Shown here one piece after another: positions 48,336-59,965 of a stretch of DNA of 64,000 bases. Made by a program: the position numbers and the translations under genes. Each line of letters starts with the position of its first letter. The first letter of the stretch is position 1. The stretch is taken from assembly GCA_003427395.1 (NCBI GenBank), contig BFEA01000041.1:2381396-2445395 (forward strand), read 5' to 3'. This stretch comes from Chara braunii. Its lineage: Eukaryota > Plantae > Charophyceae. The notes beneath the pieces are model-generated. The model was not told where the DNA came from. It did no database searches and was given only the letters and a program-made list of their open reading frames with translations.

Positions 48336-49314
48336 AGGAAAGGTCGAGCATGTAATCATCCATTATCATTGCATTCCAAGCGCGAACCCAAATCACTGAG
48401 TGAAACGAAATCGCTCTCAATCAGGTATGAAACCTGTAACCTGCTGATCATAGAAGAAGAAGAAAGGTAGAGCATGTACTCATCCATTATCACTGCATTC
48501 CAAGTGCCAACCCAAATGGATGAATTAAAAGAAATCGCTGCGTCCATGAATAGAGCCTGCAACCTGCTGATCATAAACCAGAACACCTACCACCAGGCAA
48601 AAGTGAAATGTGGAGGCGTGGAATCATCCCCAAAAGGCAGCTCTTCATAGTTTGGAAATAAAGGGAGTGATGAGAAACACAGGAAAAGCTCTGGGTCTGC
48701 TGGGTGAATAACATAATATGTGCAATGAAGATTGTGGCATTAACTCCAAGTCTGCTTGTGCTTTTTGTTGTACAGTGTTTTCCGAAGCTTGCGGAAAGTA
48801 AATTCATCAAAATGCATCCTTGATTATTCCAATTCTTCGAGAAACTGTATACGTCTCAGTATTTACCAAAGTGTAAATTGGTGGAATACTTTCAATTAGT
48901 AGAGAGGTAGGAAAACATGAACCGTGTCCATAATCATGGTCGTGTTCAACAAGAGGATAACTGTTTTTTTTTTTCTTTTTTTTTAATAGTGGGAAAGGAA
49001 AAAGAAAGATCATTAACATTCTTAAGAGTGAAAATAGCGGGCTTAAGCCACGACTACCTCCGAGCCTCTATTGCCGAGCTGGAGCAGAACTTTGTGCCAA
49101 GCTTTGTCGAAGCGCCAGCTTGGAGAGTAGTGCAGCAACGCCCATAGGTTACATTCACAACTAGCCTTCCACTCTGAAAGGTAGTAGAGGTTTACGAAAA
49201 AGGGAAGAAGGGAAAACAGCTCAAAACACGGAAAAAAAAAACAAAAATGACAAAAAAAAAAGAACGAGGTGGAAGGTGCAAAAAGCGGTCCCCATGTTTT
49301 TTTAACTCTCTCTC

Positions 49315-49436
49315 TTTTTTTTTTTTTTTAATAAAGAAAAGGAACCATTCCATTATTGGTCGGAAAATGGGTCCGGCGTCCCTTACATTTGTGCCACAGC
49401 CATGCGAAGCTGAGCAACGCACTCCCGCCCAAGCCC
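49315..49436 (-). mobile_element. Tail-only insertion of the A/B LINE family with poly(A)
   Basis: Reverse complement ATGTAAGGGACGCCGGACCCATTTTCCGAC...poly(A) matches the A (5646-5720) and B (45140-45240) 3' UTRs. Confidence 0.75.
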
Positions 49437-49475
49437 TTTTTTTTTTCCCTTTTTTTTAAACACGCCCCCACCAGT

Positions 49476-49574
49476 TTTAGTGGTGCTGATAAGAGCAGAC
49501 ACCACTAGCACCTGGGGAGATGCTCCATCTATTGGTGGGGAGCATCACCTGCTGGAAAACGGGTCCAGCGTCCC
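49476..49574 (-). repeat. Tail-only module with D-type extension
   Basis: Matches 31654-31781 and 18871-18963. Confidence 0.85.
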
Positions 49575-49639
49575 ATATACAGACTGAATTTGAAGTATAT
49601 CAGACAAAACACAATTGTGGGAGATTCCTGCCAGCATTG

Positions 49640-50290
49640 ATTACCCTGGGATCCAGGAGCATGGTCCCATTAGCAGTCGGATAGGAGTGTGGCCTATCCA
49701 ATGTGACACTGAGTGGCAGCGGGCTGACGGGTTCATTACAAATTTCTGGGCTGACAAAACATGAGAAAGGCAAAAAATAAAAAAAGACCTGCCACCGGAA
49801 ATCATGGCAGAGTGCTTCCCAGCCATCAGATCACAGATGATCTGATGGTGGTGGTTGCAACAACAGTGAACAAGCAACTGCCACTTTTTTTTCTGGAATA
49901 AACTCGACTTCTGTCAGCAGTGATCCTGACACCCTCCATATACTCCGTGACTGAAGGAGGGTTCCACCCAATGAGATAATTGCACAACAGCAAGTAAAAT
50001 ACTGAAAATCTTCTATCCAGTGGGCCTACGGCCGACCCCACCCTCTTTTGGGGTTGGCCACACCCCCAACCGATTGAAAAGATTCTGGCGGGAAGCTTTC
50101 TTTGCACGGGCATGCCCAGTGTTAAGGAGAGGAGGAGGGGAACAAAGATCTCCTTACGTTTTCGGGTAGTACACGTAAAATACTGACCTTGGGATCACCA
50201 GTACTGCATGGCAGGATTTGGGTCACTCAACTGTCCCACAAACTCGTTTCTATCCTATCCCGTTGCTAATGGGACCATGCTCCAGGGGAT
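49640..50290. mobile_element. Inverted-repeat bounded element (MITE-like)
   Basis: GGAGCATGGTCCCATTAGCAGTCGGATAGGA (~49657-49687) versus TCCTATCCCGTTGCTAATGGGACCATGCTCC (~50253-50283). Confidence 0.55.
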
Positions 50291-50361
50291 TGACTGAGCA
50301 GGATGTTGGGAAGGGGGGAACCTTTTCACCCTGGACCCGGCGCCAGATACCTACTGCTACA

Positions 50362-50975
50362 CACTACCTTCTTAACCCGAAAAAAACGTACGTACCTTGT
50401 ATACGAATACAACGTACGGGGTACGTTGTATTCGAATACAACGTACGTACATTATAGAACGAGTTTTAGGGTACAACTTTTCAGAAGGTTGTAGTACCGC
50501 CATTGTTTTTATTTTTATCTCAAATTTGGTTAGGAATTTCGCCAAGACCCTCAGGCAAAAGTTGTTTGCATTGCAATGTTGTACAACAACAACATACTCT
50601 TTTTTCGGATTTTTTACTGAAGTTTTTTTTTCATCGAAATTCTGAAAAAATCAGTAAAAAACATTTTCATCCTCGTTTTTATTTTTTATCTCGAATTTTC
50701 TCATGAATTTCGATAAGACCCTCAGGCAAACGTTGTTTGTATTGCATTGTTGTATAACATTTTTTTTTTTCCGGATTTTTTTAATAATGTTTTAAAAATC
50801 AAAGTTCCAAAAATTTGAATACAACATACATACCTTGTATTCGAATACAACGTACGTACGTTATATTCGAATGTACGGTCTATTCGGGGAAAAACAAGCA
50901 ATTTCTGAAAACCCGATTTCCGATGGTAATTCGAATAGAACGTACGTACGTTTTTTTCGGGTTAAGAAGGTAGTT
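50362..50975. mobile_element. Non-autonomous CACTA-like DNA transposon with 33-bp TIRs and subterminal repeats
   Basis: CACTACCTTCTTAACCCGAAAAAAACGTACGTAC ... GTACGTACGTTTTTTTCGGGTTAAGAAGGTAGT; CGAATACAACGTACG repeats in both orientations. TSD not evident. Confidence 0.75.
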
Positions 50976-51329
50976 CCTCCCTCCCACCACCAGCCCCAAA
51001 CCCAACTGTGAATTCCCTTTTTTGAGCTTGAAATACTGTGCTGACTGCTGTCAGCCCTTTTTTGCACTTGTATCTACTGTTTGGGTATTATCACTGAGAT
51101 AGACCTCCTTTCCTCTGGCCACTCCTTCCACCGTTAACCGCCCTCGCACCTCTTCACCTTCCTTGTGGTGCCAGATATTGACTGTCAAGCTAGTGCCGAG
51201 TAACTTGTGTCATAAAAGTCATAAAAGTGGCTGGGTGGGTGGGGAAGGGATAACATCCGCTAGCCTCCTAAACTTCTCTTTCTCTCTCCTTGAGTTCATC
51301 CATCCTTCCCATACCACTGCATTTCTACG

Positions 51330-51870
51330 AGACAGTTTGATGTTGGAGACGCAAAATGAGTGTGTATCAAATCAAAGATTATGCAAACAGAAAGCGATTG
51401 CCAAAGCAGACGAAAAGCATAGAGAAGGAGAGAGAGGAGGTAGAAAGGCAGTATTATGGGAATTTATGGGTTCTTTGGTACAAACGTTGTGTCGTGGTAA
51501 GAGATAACGTTGCCTTTGGAAGGTGGGGAAATCTCTGAGATAATTGTAGAATTTATTCAGACTGAGATTAGAGCACAATGGGGAAAAAACTAAGCCTAAA
51601 CTTCTCGAATTCCATCAGAAGAAGGATATTAAAGAAACAATCCAAAACTTCGATTTGAACTGGCTGGAGGGAACTCAAGGGAAGGGCCTGGGTAACGTGG
51701 AGTGGCCAGGGGGATAAGGGATGGAAGAATGTCTCAAGAGAGACTTCCATCTCTGCTTTTGGGACTGGTTCGCGCTGCAGCCAGGGTCTTCCCTTAGATC
51801 TCCAAATTGTTTTGCAGATCCCTTCCCTCCTTCACAACTTGCTGTGGTGGATTTGCAGTGGTTTGCTAGA
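51330..51870 (+). mobile_element. Old LINE ORF2 C-terminal fragment (C/D family)
   Basis: GRKAVLW..W, WLEGTQG...KRDFHLCFWDWF...LRSPNCFADPFPPSQL; homologous to 4540-5031. Confidence 0.75.
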
Positions 51871-51985
51871 GAGGGGGAGTGATTTTCAATAGATTACATT
51901 TTTCTAAAGGGCAACGTAGCTTGTTATGTAAAACTGATCTGGCGGTCCAGTAAGGACTGAAGAGGCGTCACCACACCCCATTCAC

Positions 51986-52020
<35 letters not shown>

Positions 52021-52577
52021 AAGGAGAGAGAGAGGAGCAGGAGAAAGAGAGAGCACACGTGAAAAAAGCCATGTAGAGAGACCTAGTATGCGCAAAAGGA
52101 TCAGGCACTTGTTAAAATGAGAGTCCACAAACGAAGTGGCATGCTGGCGAGCGCATCCCCAGCCGTGGCCAATGCACAACATTTTTTTTTTTTTTTTTTT
52201 TTTTTTACTAGAGGCTAATAATTGACAACAGTTTGAATGGTCTTACAAAATATGAAAACAGACTGCAAATCGTAAGAGAAATTTAAAGTTCTACAACTAA
52301 CAAAATCATCGAAATGTGAAAACAGGCTACAGATCGGAGCTCTAAAATGTTCTTCGTTGGATTGCTTGTTTTTTTTTTTTCTTTCAATTTCCCTTTTTTT
52401 TTTTTCCCGCAGACTCCAAACGCCATTGGTTTATTCCTATCAATCCTCCAGCTTGTGGTGTATGCAATGTACAGGTGAGGAAGACACTCATCTCCACTTC
52501 CCCTGCTTGAGGCTCACCCGACAAACTTTTTTCACACTCCCTTTTCCCTTTCTCTGTTTTTTTGCTGCACTTTCAAT

Positions 52578-52622
<45 letters not shown>

Positions 52623-52633
52623 GCTGACGGACT

Positions 52634-52674
<41 letters not shown>

Positions 52675-53258
52675 AGGCTGACGGACTTGAGATTTATTTT
52701 TATTTTTATTTTTTATTTTTTTTGGGGAAGTTGTCGCTTTATATTTCAAAACAAAAGTGGCCGAGGCCGGGGACCTCACAATTCTACCCGGTATTACCAA
52801 GGAAAAACCTGCTGGAAACGGGGTCCAGCGTCCCAAGACCACTCAGTCCTCTAAAGGAAGAAAAACTCCTCAAAATAACCTTGAAGCACCTAAAAGGGTG
52901 GCTGAACTAATCATAACAAAACTCTCCATTCCTTCAGCCTGTCATATAATATCCTGGCAGCGCAGGTGCAGCGCAGGAGAATGTCGGCGTGTTTGAGATA
53001 TTTATCAACAGCCCTTTCATTCATTGTTTTTTTTTTTTTTTTTTTTTTTAAGGGGCAAGTTGGGCAACCATTGTAGTATGATCCAGGCACTCCGGCCAGG
53101 TTCATACCTTGGTCGCCTTTCGATTGTACAAGCCGTTGTCCCATGCGGATTTGAACACAGGTCTATATTTCAGCAGTCCACTTGGTGTACCACCTGAGCT
53201 AGGCGCTTACAACTCCCAAGTGCTTTTTTTTTTTTTTTTTTTTTTTTTTTTGTTTTCT

Positions 53259-53328
<70 letters not shown>

Positions 53329-55173
53329 TCCATATTGAAACTTTTGGAATGCCTGATGGTACAGTGATCAATCCCCTGCCTGAATCGGCGGACAGAGAAA
53401 GGACTGCCATAGCTGCATCATCCCGAGTCTCATCTCGACCCTCAGTGTGCTTCCACAGTGACCATAACGTCGAGCCCCTTTCCTGAGCGACACTGCTCAA
53501 AATTCGAACGAATGCAAAACGGCCTGAAAGGCCGTCCTGTCCAGATTCGACAGGTATTTGAATTGGTTGGGGTTAAAGAATTAGGTTCAATTAGCCTTTA
53601 AAAAAAAAGTTGAACCAATGCGCTTTGAATTTAAACAAAAGGAAAAAAGGAGTCTACTGACTCTAGTGATGTGAAGACGGAGCATCGCTATGAACGAGGA
53701 GATCCCGAACAAAGGCGTGCGAAAAGGAACGACACAACCAACCATAAGCACGAGAAAAGGAGATAGCAGAGGGGAGAGAAGACAAGAGAGACTCACGAAA
53801 TAGCGCAATAAGAAACCTCGCTTAAAAAATATGTGAGCTCAAGCAACGAAATAGAGTTTCATCAAGTAGTAGCTCACCTCTTACCTCAAGGCGGTCGTTC
53901 ACACTGCAACGTTTGAGAAAGAAAAAGTAAGTTCAGTAGCCTACCCGTGAAGACTTGGTCAGGTCAGAACAGCACAGGTGGGGGGCAAGCGGGAAAATGC
54001 GCGAAAAAAGAACACAGCATGCAGTGCTGGCCCGGTGGTCATCCACGTTTTCATTCCAAGGAAGAGTGGAGGTGAGGAGGAGAAGACTCCAGCTCAGTAG
54101 CGGATTCCGGACAAAGACAGGGAAGCGAGGCGATGAAATAGACAATCAGATTGGATTTAAGATATGGAGGGTGGAGGGGGGGGGGGGAAAGAAAAGGACA
54201 AAGATACTCGAGGCAGGAAATCTACAGAGTCCCAGGTAGAAAAGTAAGGTCCTGTGGGCCTGCGTCAGACCATGTCGGCTAGTACAGCAGCCTCCGCTGC
54301 CCCGTCAATCCTTCTGTGAAAAAAACTACCCATTTATCCCAGCATCCCCCATTTATCGTAGAGAATTCGAAGAGGGCCTTCAGGAACATCCATTTAGGAA
54401 AATGCCGTATCCGTAGTTCCTTTCTGAGGGATAGGACTCTAGTGAGATAAGGCCTTTTTTTTTTTCTTTTTTTTTTTCTTTTTTTTTTTGTGGGCCCAGT
54501 TTTCTATTGCGAGGATTTATGCCTCGGCATAGGGCCCTGCAGCAGGCGCGTGCCCGCCCTAAGTGAAGGCGGGCACCCCTGAATCTCAATGCGCCCTGAA
54601 CTCGTCAATTTTCACAGCTCTTGGTCGGCGCCAGACAGTTTTGCCAGACACCAGTTGGTAACATCGGCCTTGCTCGTGAGAATCCAAAATATTTGTGAGC
54701 CTTCCAGGCTCTTCCAGCGACAACGTGGTCGAAGCAGGGAGCACCACACATTTGTGCCTGGGTGGTTGGGCATGCCTAACCAATTCGGTCCTAGGCCACT
54801 GTCTGAACGGGCCTGGGTGCAGACACATTGGCCGAGACTGAAGCTACTGGAAACTCGGTCTGACATGGGAAAGCACCCACCACTTTCCATATAGGAAAGG
54901 GCCGGGCTCCAGTAGACACATTAGGGCACTTGCACTTGCAGGCAAAAAAGACACATTCGGGCACTTGCACTTGCAGGCGGCAGCACTGCTGGAGCATTGA
55001 CTCGCGGGCTGCTTGCTGCGCTAGCGCGAGGTGCAGGTGCGAGCGTCAAGAAGATACAGGGCGCTGCTGCACGGAGCGCCATAGCCCAGCCTTCATAGCC
55101 AGGCTGGGGCTTGAACTTAGTCAGCGGATGGTGGTGGTCTTCGTGTATGAGGGAGAAGACGTGGGTGTAGAAG

Positions 55174-55175
<2 letters not shown>

Positions 55176-55242
<67 letters not shown>

Positions 55243-55307
55243 GGGCTTGGACTTAGTCAGCGGGTGGTGGTGGTCTCCGTGTACGAGGGAGAAGACGTGG
55301 GTGAAGA

Positions 55308-55346
<39 letters not shown>
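55176..55346. repeat. Two (AG)n tracts within a short tandem duplication
   Basis: The unit CTGGGGCTTG.ACTTAGTCAGCGG.TGGTGGTGGTCT.CGTGTA.GAGGGAGAAGACGTGGGTG precedes each tract. Confidence 0.9.
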
Positions 55347-55347
<1 letters not shown>

Positions 55348-56612
55348 ACCACATACACATAGGTTCCAGTTTGTGTCAAATGCCAACTCAAGAATCCAAG
55401 TACCCCTTTGCCTATCCCTGAATTCCAGTAAACGCTCACAAGTGGCCGCGTGGTTAGTGTTGGTAAGTTTATCATTGTAGACCAGTAATCGATCCACAGC
55501 CAAACGGACTTCCGCAGCCAGACGGAATCTAACCGGTGACCTCGGCTGTAACAGCCAGATGCCTTTACCACTGCAACGGTGACCCGGTGTTCAAAACTGA
55601 AGCCATACCAGTCGTGACATTCAGCCCACCCCAGCACCCTTGCAGCAAGTGGGCAGGCTGAAGGGCAAAAAGTAGCCACTGGCAGAGAGAATGAACTTGG
55701 ACATGCAATTGCCCACGTCGTCGCCTTTACTCTTTTCTGAGACTTTGGGACTGTAAGATATGACCCTTTTCTTTTCCAAATTCGTTTTTTTTAATTTGTT
55801 TTTCAAATGACATTGTATGATTGACTTGGTTGCCTCCTTGTGGAATCCTTATGCAGGAACGTCCCCCCTCAGACACTCCCGGTGAGCACCGAAGGAGAAA
55901 GCCGTACTCCTTCACCACCCCAAACGGTCAAGGAGAAAGCTATCATGGGGCCTACACCGAGCTGTTCGGTACCTTCAGACAAAACCTTTTAAGCAAGAAT
56001 GTCAGTTTACGGTGCTTATGTTGTGGCACCGTATCGAGGATTTTCGATCCTAATGAGGAGCCCGATGGGAAGAAACATCACAGACGCCACATGGGGCGTG
56101 CGCTGAGTCGCTGATGGATACAACTGTTTAAGTGCCGGGCAGAGCAGAAGGGAAAAAATGCCGGTTTACGTTGTGCACACGGCACTCTACTGCAGTTTGC
56201 AGAGCCTCATGAGGAGGAGGCCAGATGGGAAGACAGATGGAGGACACAATGTCATGGCGAGAGAGCTGATGGGGGCAAATTACTGCTTCAGCGTCAGGCA
56301 GCACAAATGGAAATGTTGATTTAATATGTACTAGCCCTTTACATCGCATTGATGTCCTGAGGGTTATGGGACAATGTGTGTTGACTCATGATTGGGGCGA
56401 ATGGGAAGGCAAAAAGACATTCAGCGGATAATATGCGAAAGATTGCGAAGCTGCCCAATAATCCATGGGCAAGGTATTCAAATTTCTCCGGACCGAGGTT
56501 CCACTCACTTAGTACCCACATTCTTCGTTCCTGGCCGTAGACTAGGAGATCAACGGCCAGATACGAAGAATGATGGGGGTAAGTAAGTGTGAGTTGCTGA
56601 GCATTGTGAACC

Positions 56613-56798
56613 TTAAACCACCAGTACTTGGCCCATCTATGGGCCTCCGGAAAAAAATAGAGTAGAAAAAACGTTTCTAATCGGATGAATTTGGACGCTC
56701 CTGTAGTGGCCCGTACATTTCCTCAAATTGTGTACATTTCCTCAAATTGTGGCTTGTTAACGGGCACAACTTTAGGAAGTATAGTACTGGTGGCTTAA
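56613..56798. mobile_element. TTAA-flanked MITE (inverted relative to the 13324 copy)
   Basis: TTAA-ACCACCAGTACTTGGCCC ... AGTACTGGTGGC-TTAA. Confidence 0.85.
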
Positions 56799-57259
56799 CG
56801 CGAGATTAGCCAATGGAAAATTGGAAATGAGTTTTAATAGTTTATTCAACATATTTTGTAGACTACCGTTGTATTCGGCTAGACTACCGTCTTCAGCTCA
56901 GCCGAATACAACGTACGTTCATTATTGCTGTATCCAGACTCAATGTTGCCTCTATAATAACGGTACGTTGTATTCGGGGGAAGAGGGTAGATTCCGGGAG
57001 AAAAGGTCATGTTTTACAAGAGCACTCTACTCAGTCTACTGTTAGGTTTGGGGAGGTAGAGTCAAAGATTTGCCTGGTGTAGTCACACCAGCCTAAGTGC
57101 TTTCCTTGGCTAGATGTATTTTGTCACCTACTAGGGACTTTTCTAGTGGTAGTTATTATACCGCTCCTTTTCCTTTTCAAAAGTTTTTATCTCCTTTCCT
57201 CCCCTTCTTCTTGTTTTTTGTAGAAATGGACAGCTGGGGAGGACTGCTCGAGCGCCACC

Positions 57260-57470
57260 GGCCGATCTGCTCAGGTGGTAAGGTGCACAAGTGGAATTTC
57301 GGAGGTTGTCGGTTAAGTCCCCATCGACCTCATTACCTACTCGGCCACGCTTGCCTCCCATCACCTAGACATTGCCCTGCAGAGCAGCATTTGCAGACAG
57401 TGCTGATGTTTGTAGGGCGGGGGGAAGAGAGAGAGAGAGAGGAGGGCGCGGGGCAAGAGACTGGCAATAT
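57260..57470 (+). mobile_element. Diverged tRNA-derived SINE copy
   Basis: GCTCAGGTGGTAAGGTGCACAAGTGGAATTTCGGAGGTTGTCGGTTAAGTCCCCATCGACCTCAT aligns to the reverse complement of 30340-30415. Confidence 0.6.
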
Positions 57471-57699
57471 GCTTTCTAATGGAAACAGCCCCAACATTGT
57501 ACCAGATTGATGTATCCACTGGCGGCCGATAGAGGGTTGAAGAGGTTGTTTTCATCTTCAAGTTTCTTACATCATTGGTGCTGTTTAAGGGGTGCTGAGC
57601 CCGATCCTCAACATGATGATGTCAGTTACTCCGGGTAGACTGTGAGGACCCGGGCCTCAATCTTCTTATTGGAAATATCAGCCTTGGGCACTGGGCCCC

Positions 57700-57731
<32 letters not shown>

Positions 57732-57745
57732 ATTGATGTATCCAA

Positions 57746-57930
57746 GGGATGCTGGACCCGGTTTCCAGCAGGTGCGACTCCCACCAATAGACGGAGCAGC
57801 CCAACACCTAAAGCCTAAACCCTTGTGGTTCTCTTACCACCACCTGGATAGAGGCCCTGCAATAGGGCTTTTCCAACAACAACAACAACAATAACAATAA
57901 AAAAGAAAAAAAAGAAAAAAAAAAGAAAAA
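57746..57930 (+). mobile_element. Tail-only insertion (C-type) with A-rich end
   Basis: Module at 57746-57797, then GTGGTTCTCTTACCACCACCTGGATAGAGG, then a (CAA)n/poly(A) tail. Confidence 0.8.
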
Positions 57931-58186
57931 GCAGACCGGCTGACAAGCGCTCTAGGATCCAGGGTATATAGAAATAAAAAATAAAAAATAAAAAAAATAA
58001 AAAAAAGAAGACGAGGCAACCTTTTTTTTGTTTTCGTTGTTTTCTCGAAGCGGCAGAGGCCATAGTGTCTTGCTATTTTGAAGAGATTGACGAGGCGATG
58101 ACTTCTTCAGTAATGTAAGTCATTGGTATGGCGGATCTGAAGGCATGGAAGATTGGAGCTGTCATATGGACAGCCCTATCTGGGTG

Positions 58187-58269
58187 TTTTTTTTTTTTTT
58201 TTTTTTTTTTTTAAGGCTTCATCTATTGGTGGGAAGCTGCACCTGCTGGAAATCGGGTCCAGGGGTCCC
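58187..58269 (-). mobile_element. Tail-only insertion: module directly followed by poly(A)
   Basis: Module at 58216-58269 and T-run at 58187-58212. Confidence 0.85.
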
Positions 58270-58669
58270 TGTACAGAAATTGACATGCTTATCAACGTGT
58301 GAGATTTGTTTGTTTGCGAGGAGCATCAAGGACACGGTTTGCAGTCCACTGTTCTATCTTACTCCATCCTTTTTTTTTCTTTTTCTTTTTTTTTTTTCCA
58401 TCCTGTGTTTCTCCCTCTGTTTCTCCCTCTGTTTCTCACATGTTTGTCAGTCTCTCACCGCCCCCCCGGATAGAGATGCTACAGAGTGATGTTGAAATAT
58501 TTTTAAGAAGCGATGGAAAGGATCACACAGAGGTAGGCAGTAGGATGCGATAGCTGGTATTCATCACATGGCTTGGGTCATGACTTATCAGAGTGAATCT
58601 GACCATAATTGTGGTGACGGAGTGAATCTGGCCATAAGTGTGGTGACGTCTTCCATCTCCCGAGACGCT

Positions 58670-58835
58670 ATCGCTGGGGTCCTATTGTATCTCCTTGCAC
58701 GCTGTAGCGGGGGTCCTATTGTATCTCCATGAGATGCCACCAGGGGTCCTATTGTATCTCCTATTGTATCTCCTATCTCCTATAGCTGGGGTCCTATTGT
58801 ATCTCCTATAGCTGGGGTCCTATTGTATCTCCTGG
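58670..58835. repeat. Minisatellite with core GGGGTCCTATTGTATCTCC
   Basis: About five full cores plus partial copies. Confidence 0.85.
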
Positions 58836-59251
58836 TGGCATCTCCCTAGAAGCTATAGCTGGAAATTAGGAAAGGCGGGAGAAAGCTAAAGGACCTGGTG
58901 GCCTCAGCATGACTTATAGACTTTGCGGTTGCCACTGGAGTCCACGCATGGGACCTGTAGCAAGACAATGCCATGCCTTCGCTTGGCGCATGATGTATTT
59001 AGATGACAGGGTTCGTCCGACTATGCTCAGACCCTATAGCTTCCACTAGAGCCCACCGATCGGACCTGTAGCAAGACATGCCCACGCCTAGCGCCTGAAG
59101 TACGCGGACGACAGGGTTCGTCCCATTACGGTTCAAATCAGGGCTGAATGGGGTTCTGCTCAGCCCTGGTGTCTACAGCCGCTGACTGGACCTGCTCAGT
59201 CAATCCTCTGGTTTTCAGAGCAATCAATGCTGGCAGGTTCCCTCCAAACAC

Positions 59252-59289
59252 CTGTCTCTTATACACATCTAGATGTGTATAAGAGACAG
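59252..59289. other. Nextera mate-pair junction adapter (artefact)
   Basis: Exact 38-nt inverted Tn5 mosaic-end dimer. Confidence 0.97.
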
Positions 59290-59965
59290 GACTTAAACAA
59301 CCAGTACATGGCCCAGCTATAGGCCGCGGGCTTGCCAGTTAATGCAGCGCAGCCTCAGGTGGTCGACCGAGAGCAGCAACCGGTAGTTCAGCAAACGCCG
59401 GGCTCAGCAACTTTCGGGATGACACTCACCAATACAAAAAAGAAAAAGAAAGAAAAAGAAAAACAAATGAGAAAACTTAAAAAAAAAAAAAAACGGTTCT
59501 CGGCAAGGGNNNNNNNNNNNNNNNNNNNNNNNNNNNNNNNNNNNNNNNNNNNNNNNNNNNNNNNNNNNNNNNNNNNNNNNNNNNNNNNNNNNNNNNNNNN
59601 NNNNNNNNNNNNNNNNNNNNNNNNNNNNNNNNNNNNNNNNNNNNNNNNNNNNNNNNNNNNNNNNNNNNNNNNNNNNNNNNNNNNNNNNNNNNNNNNNNNN
59701 NNNNNNNNNNNNNNNNNNNNNNNNNNNNNNNNNNNNNNNNNNNNNNNNNNNNNNNNNNNNNNNNNNNNNNNNNNNNNNNNNNNNNNNNNNNNNNNNNNNN
59801 NNNNNNNNNNNNNNNNNNNNNNNNNNNNNNNNNNNNNNNNNNNNNNNNNNNNNNNNNNNNNNNNNNNNNNNNNNNNNNNNNNNNNNNNNNNNNNNNNNNN
59901 NNNNNNNNNNNNNNNNNNNNNNNNNNNNNNNNNNNNNNNNNNNNNNNNNNNNNNNNNNNNNNNNN

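Noticed and set aside
47975-48420. Poly-Arg/Phe/Leu ORFs and similar poly-K/F/ER ORFs, plus ORFs running through N-gaps
   Set aside because: These are translations of microsatellites, homopolymers or gaps.
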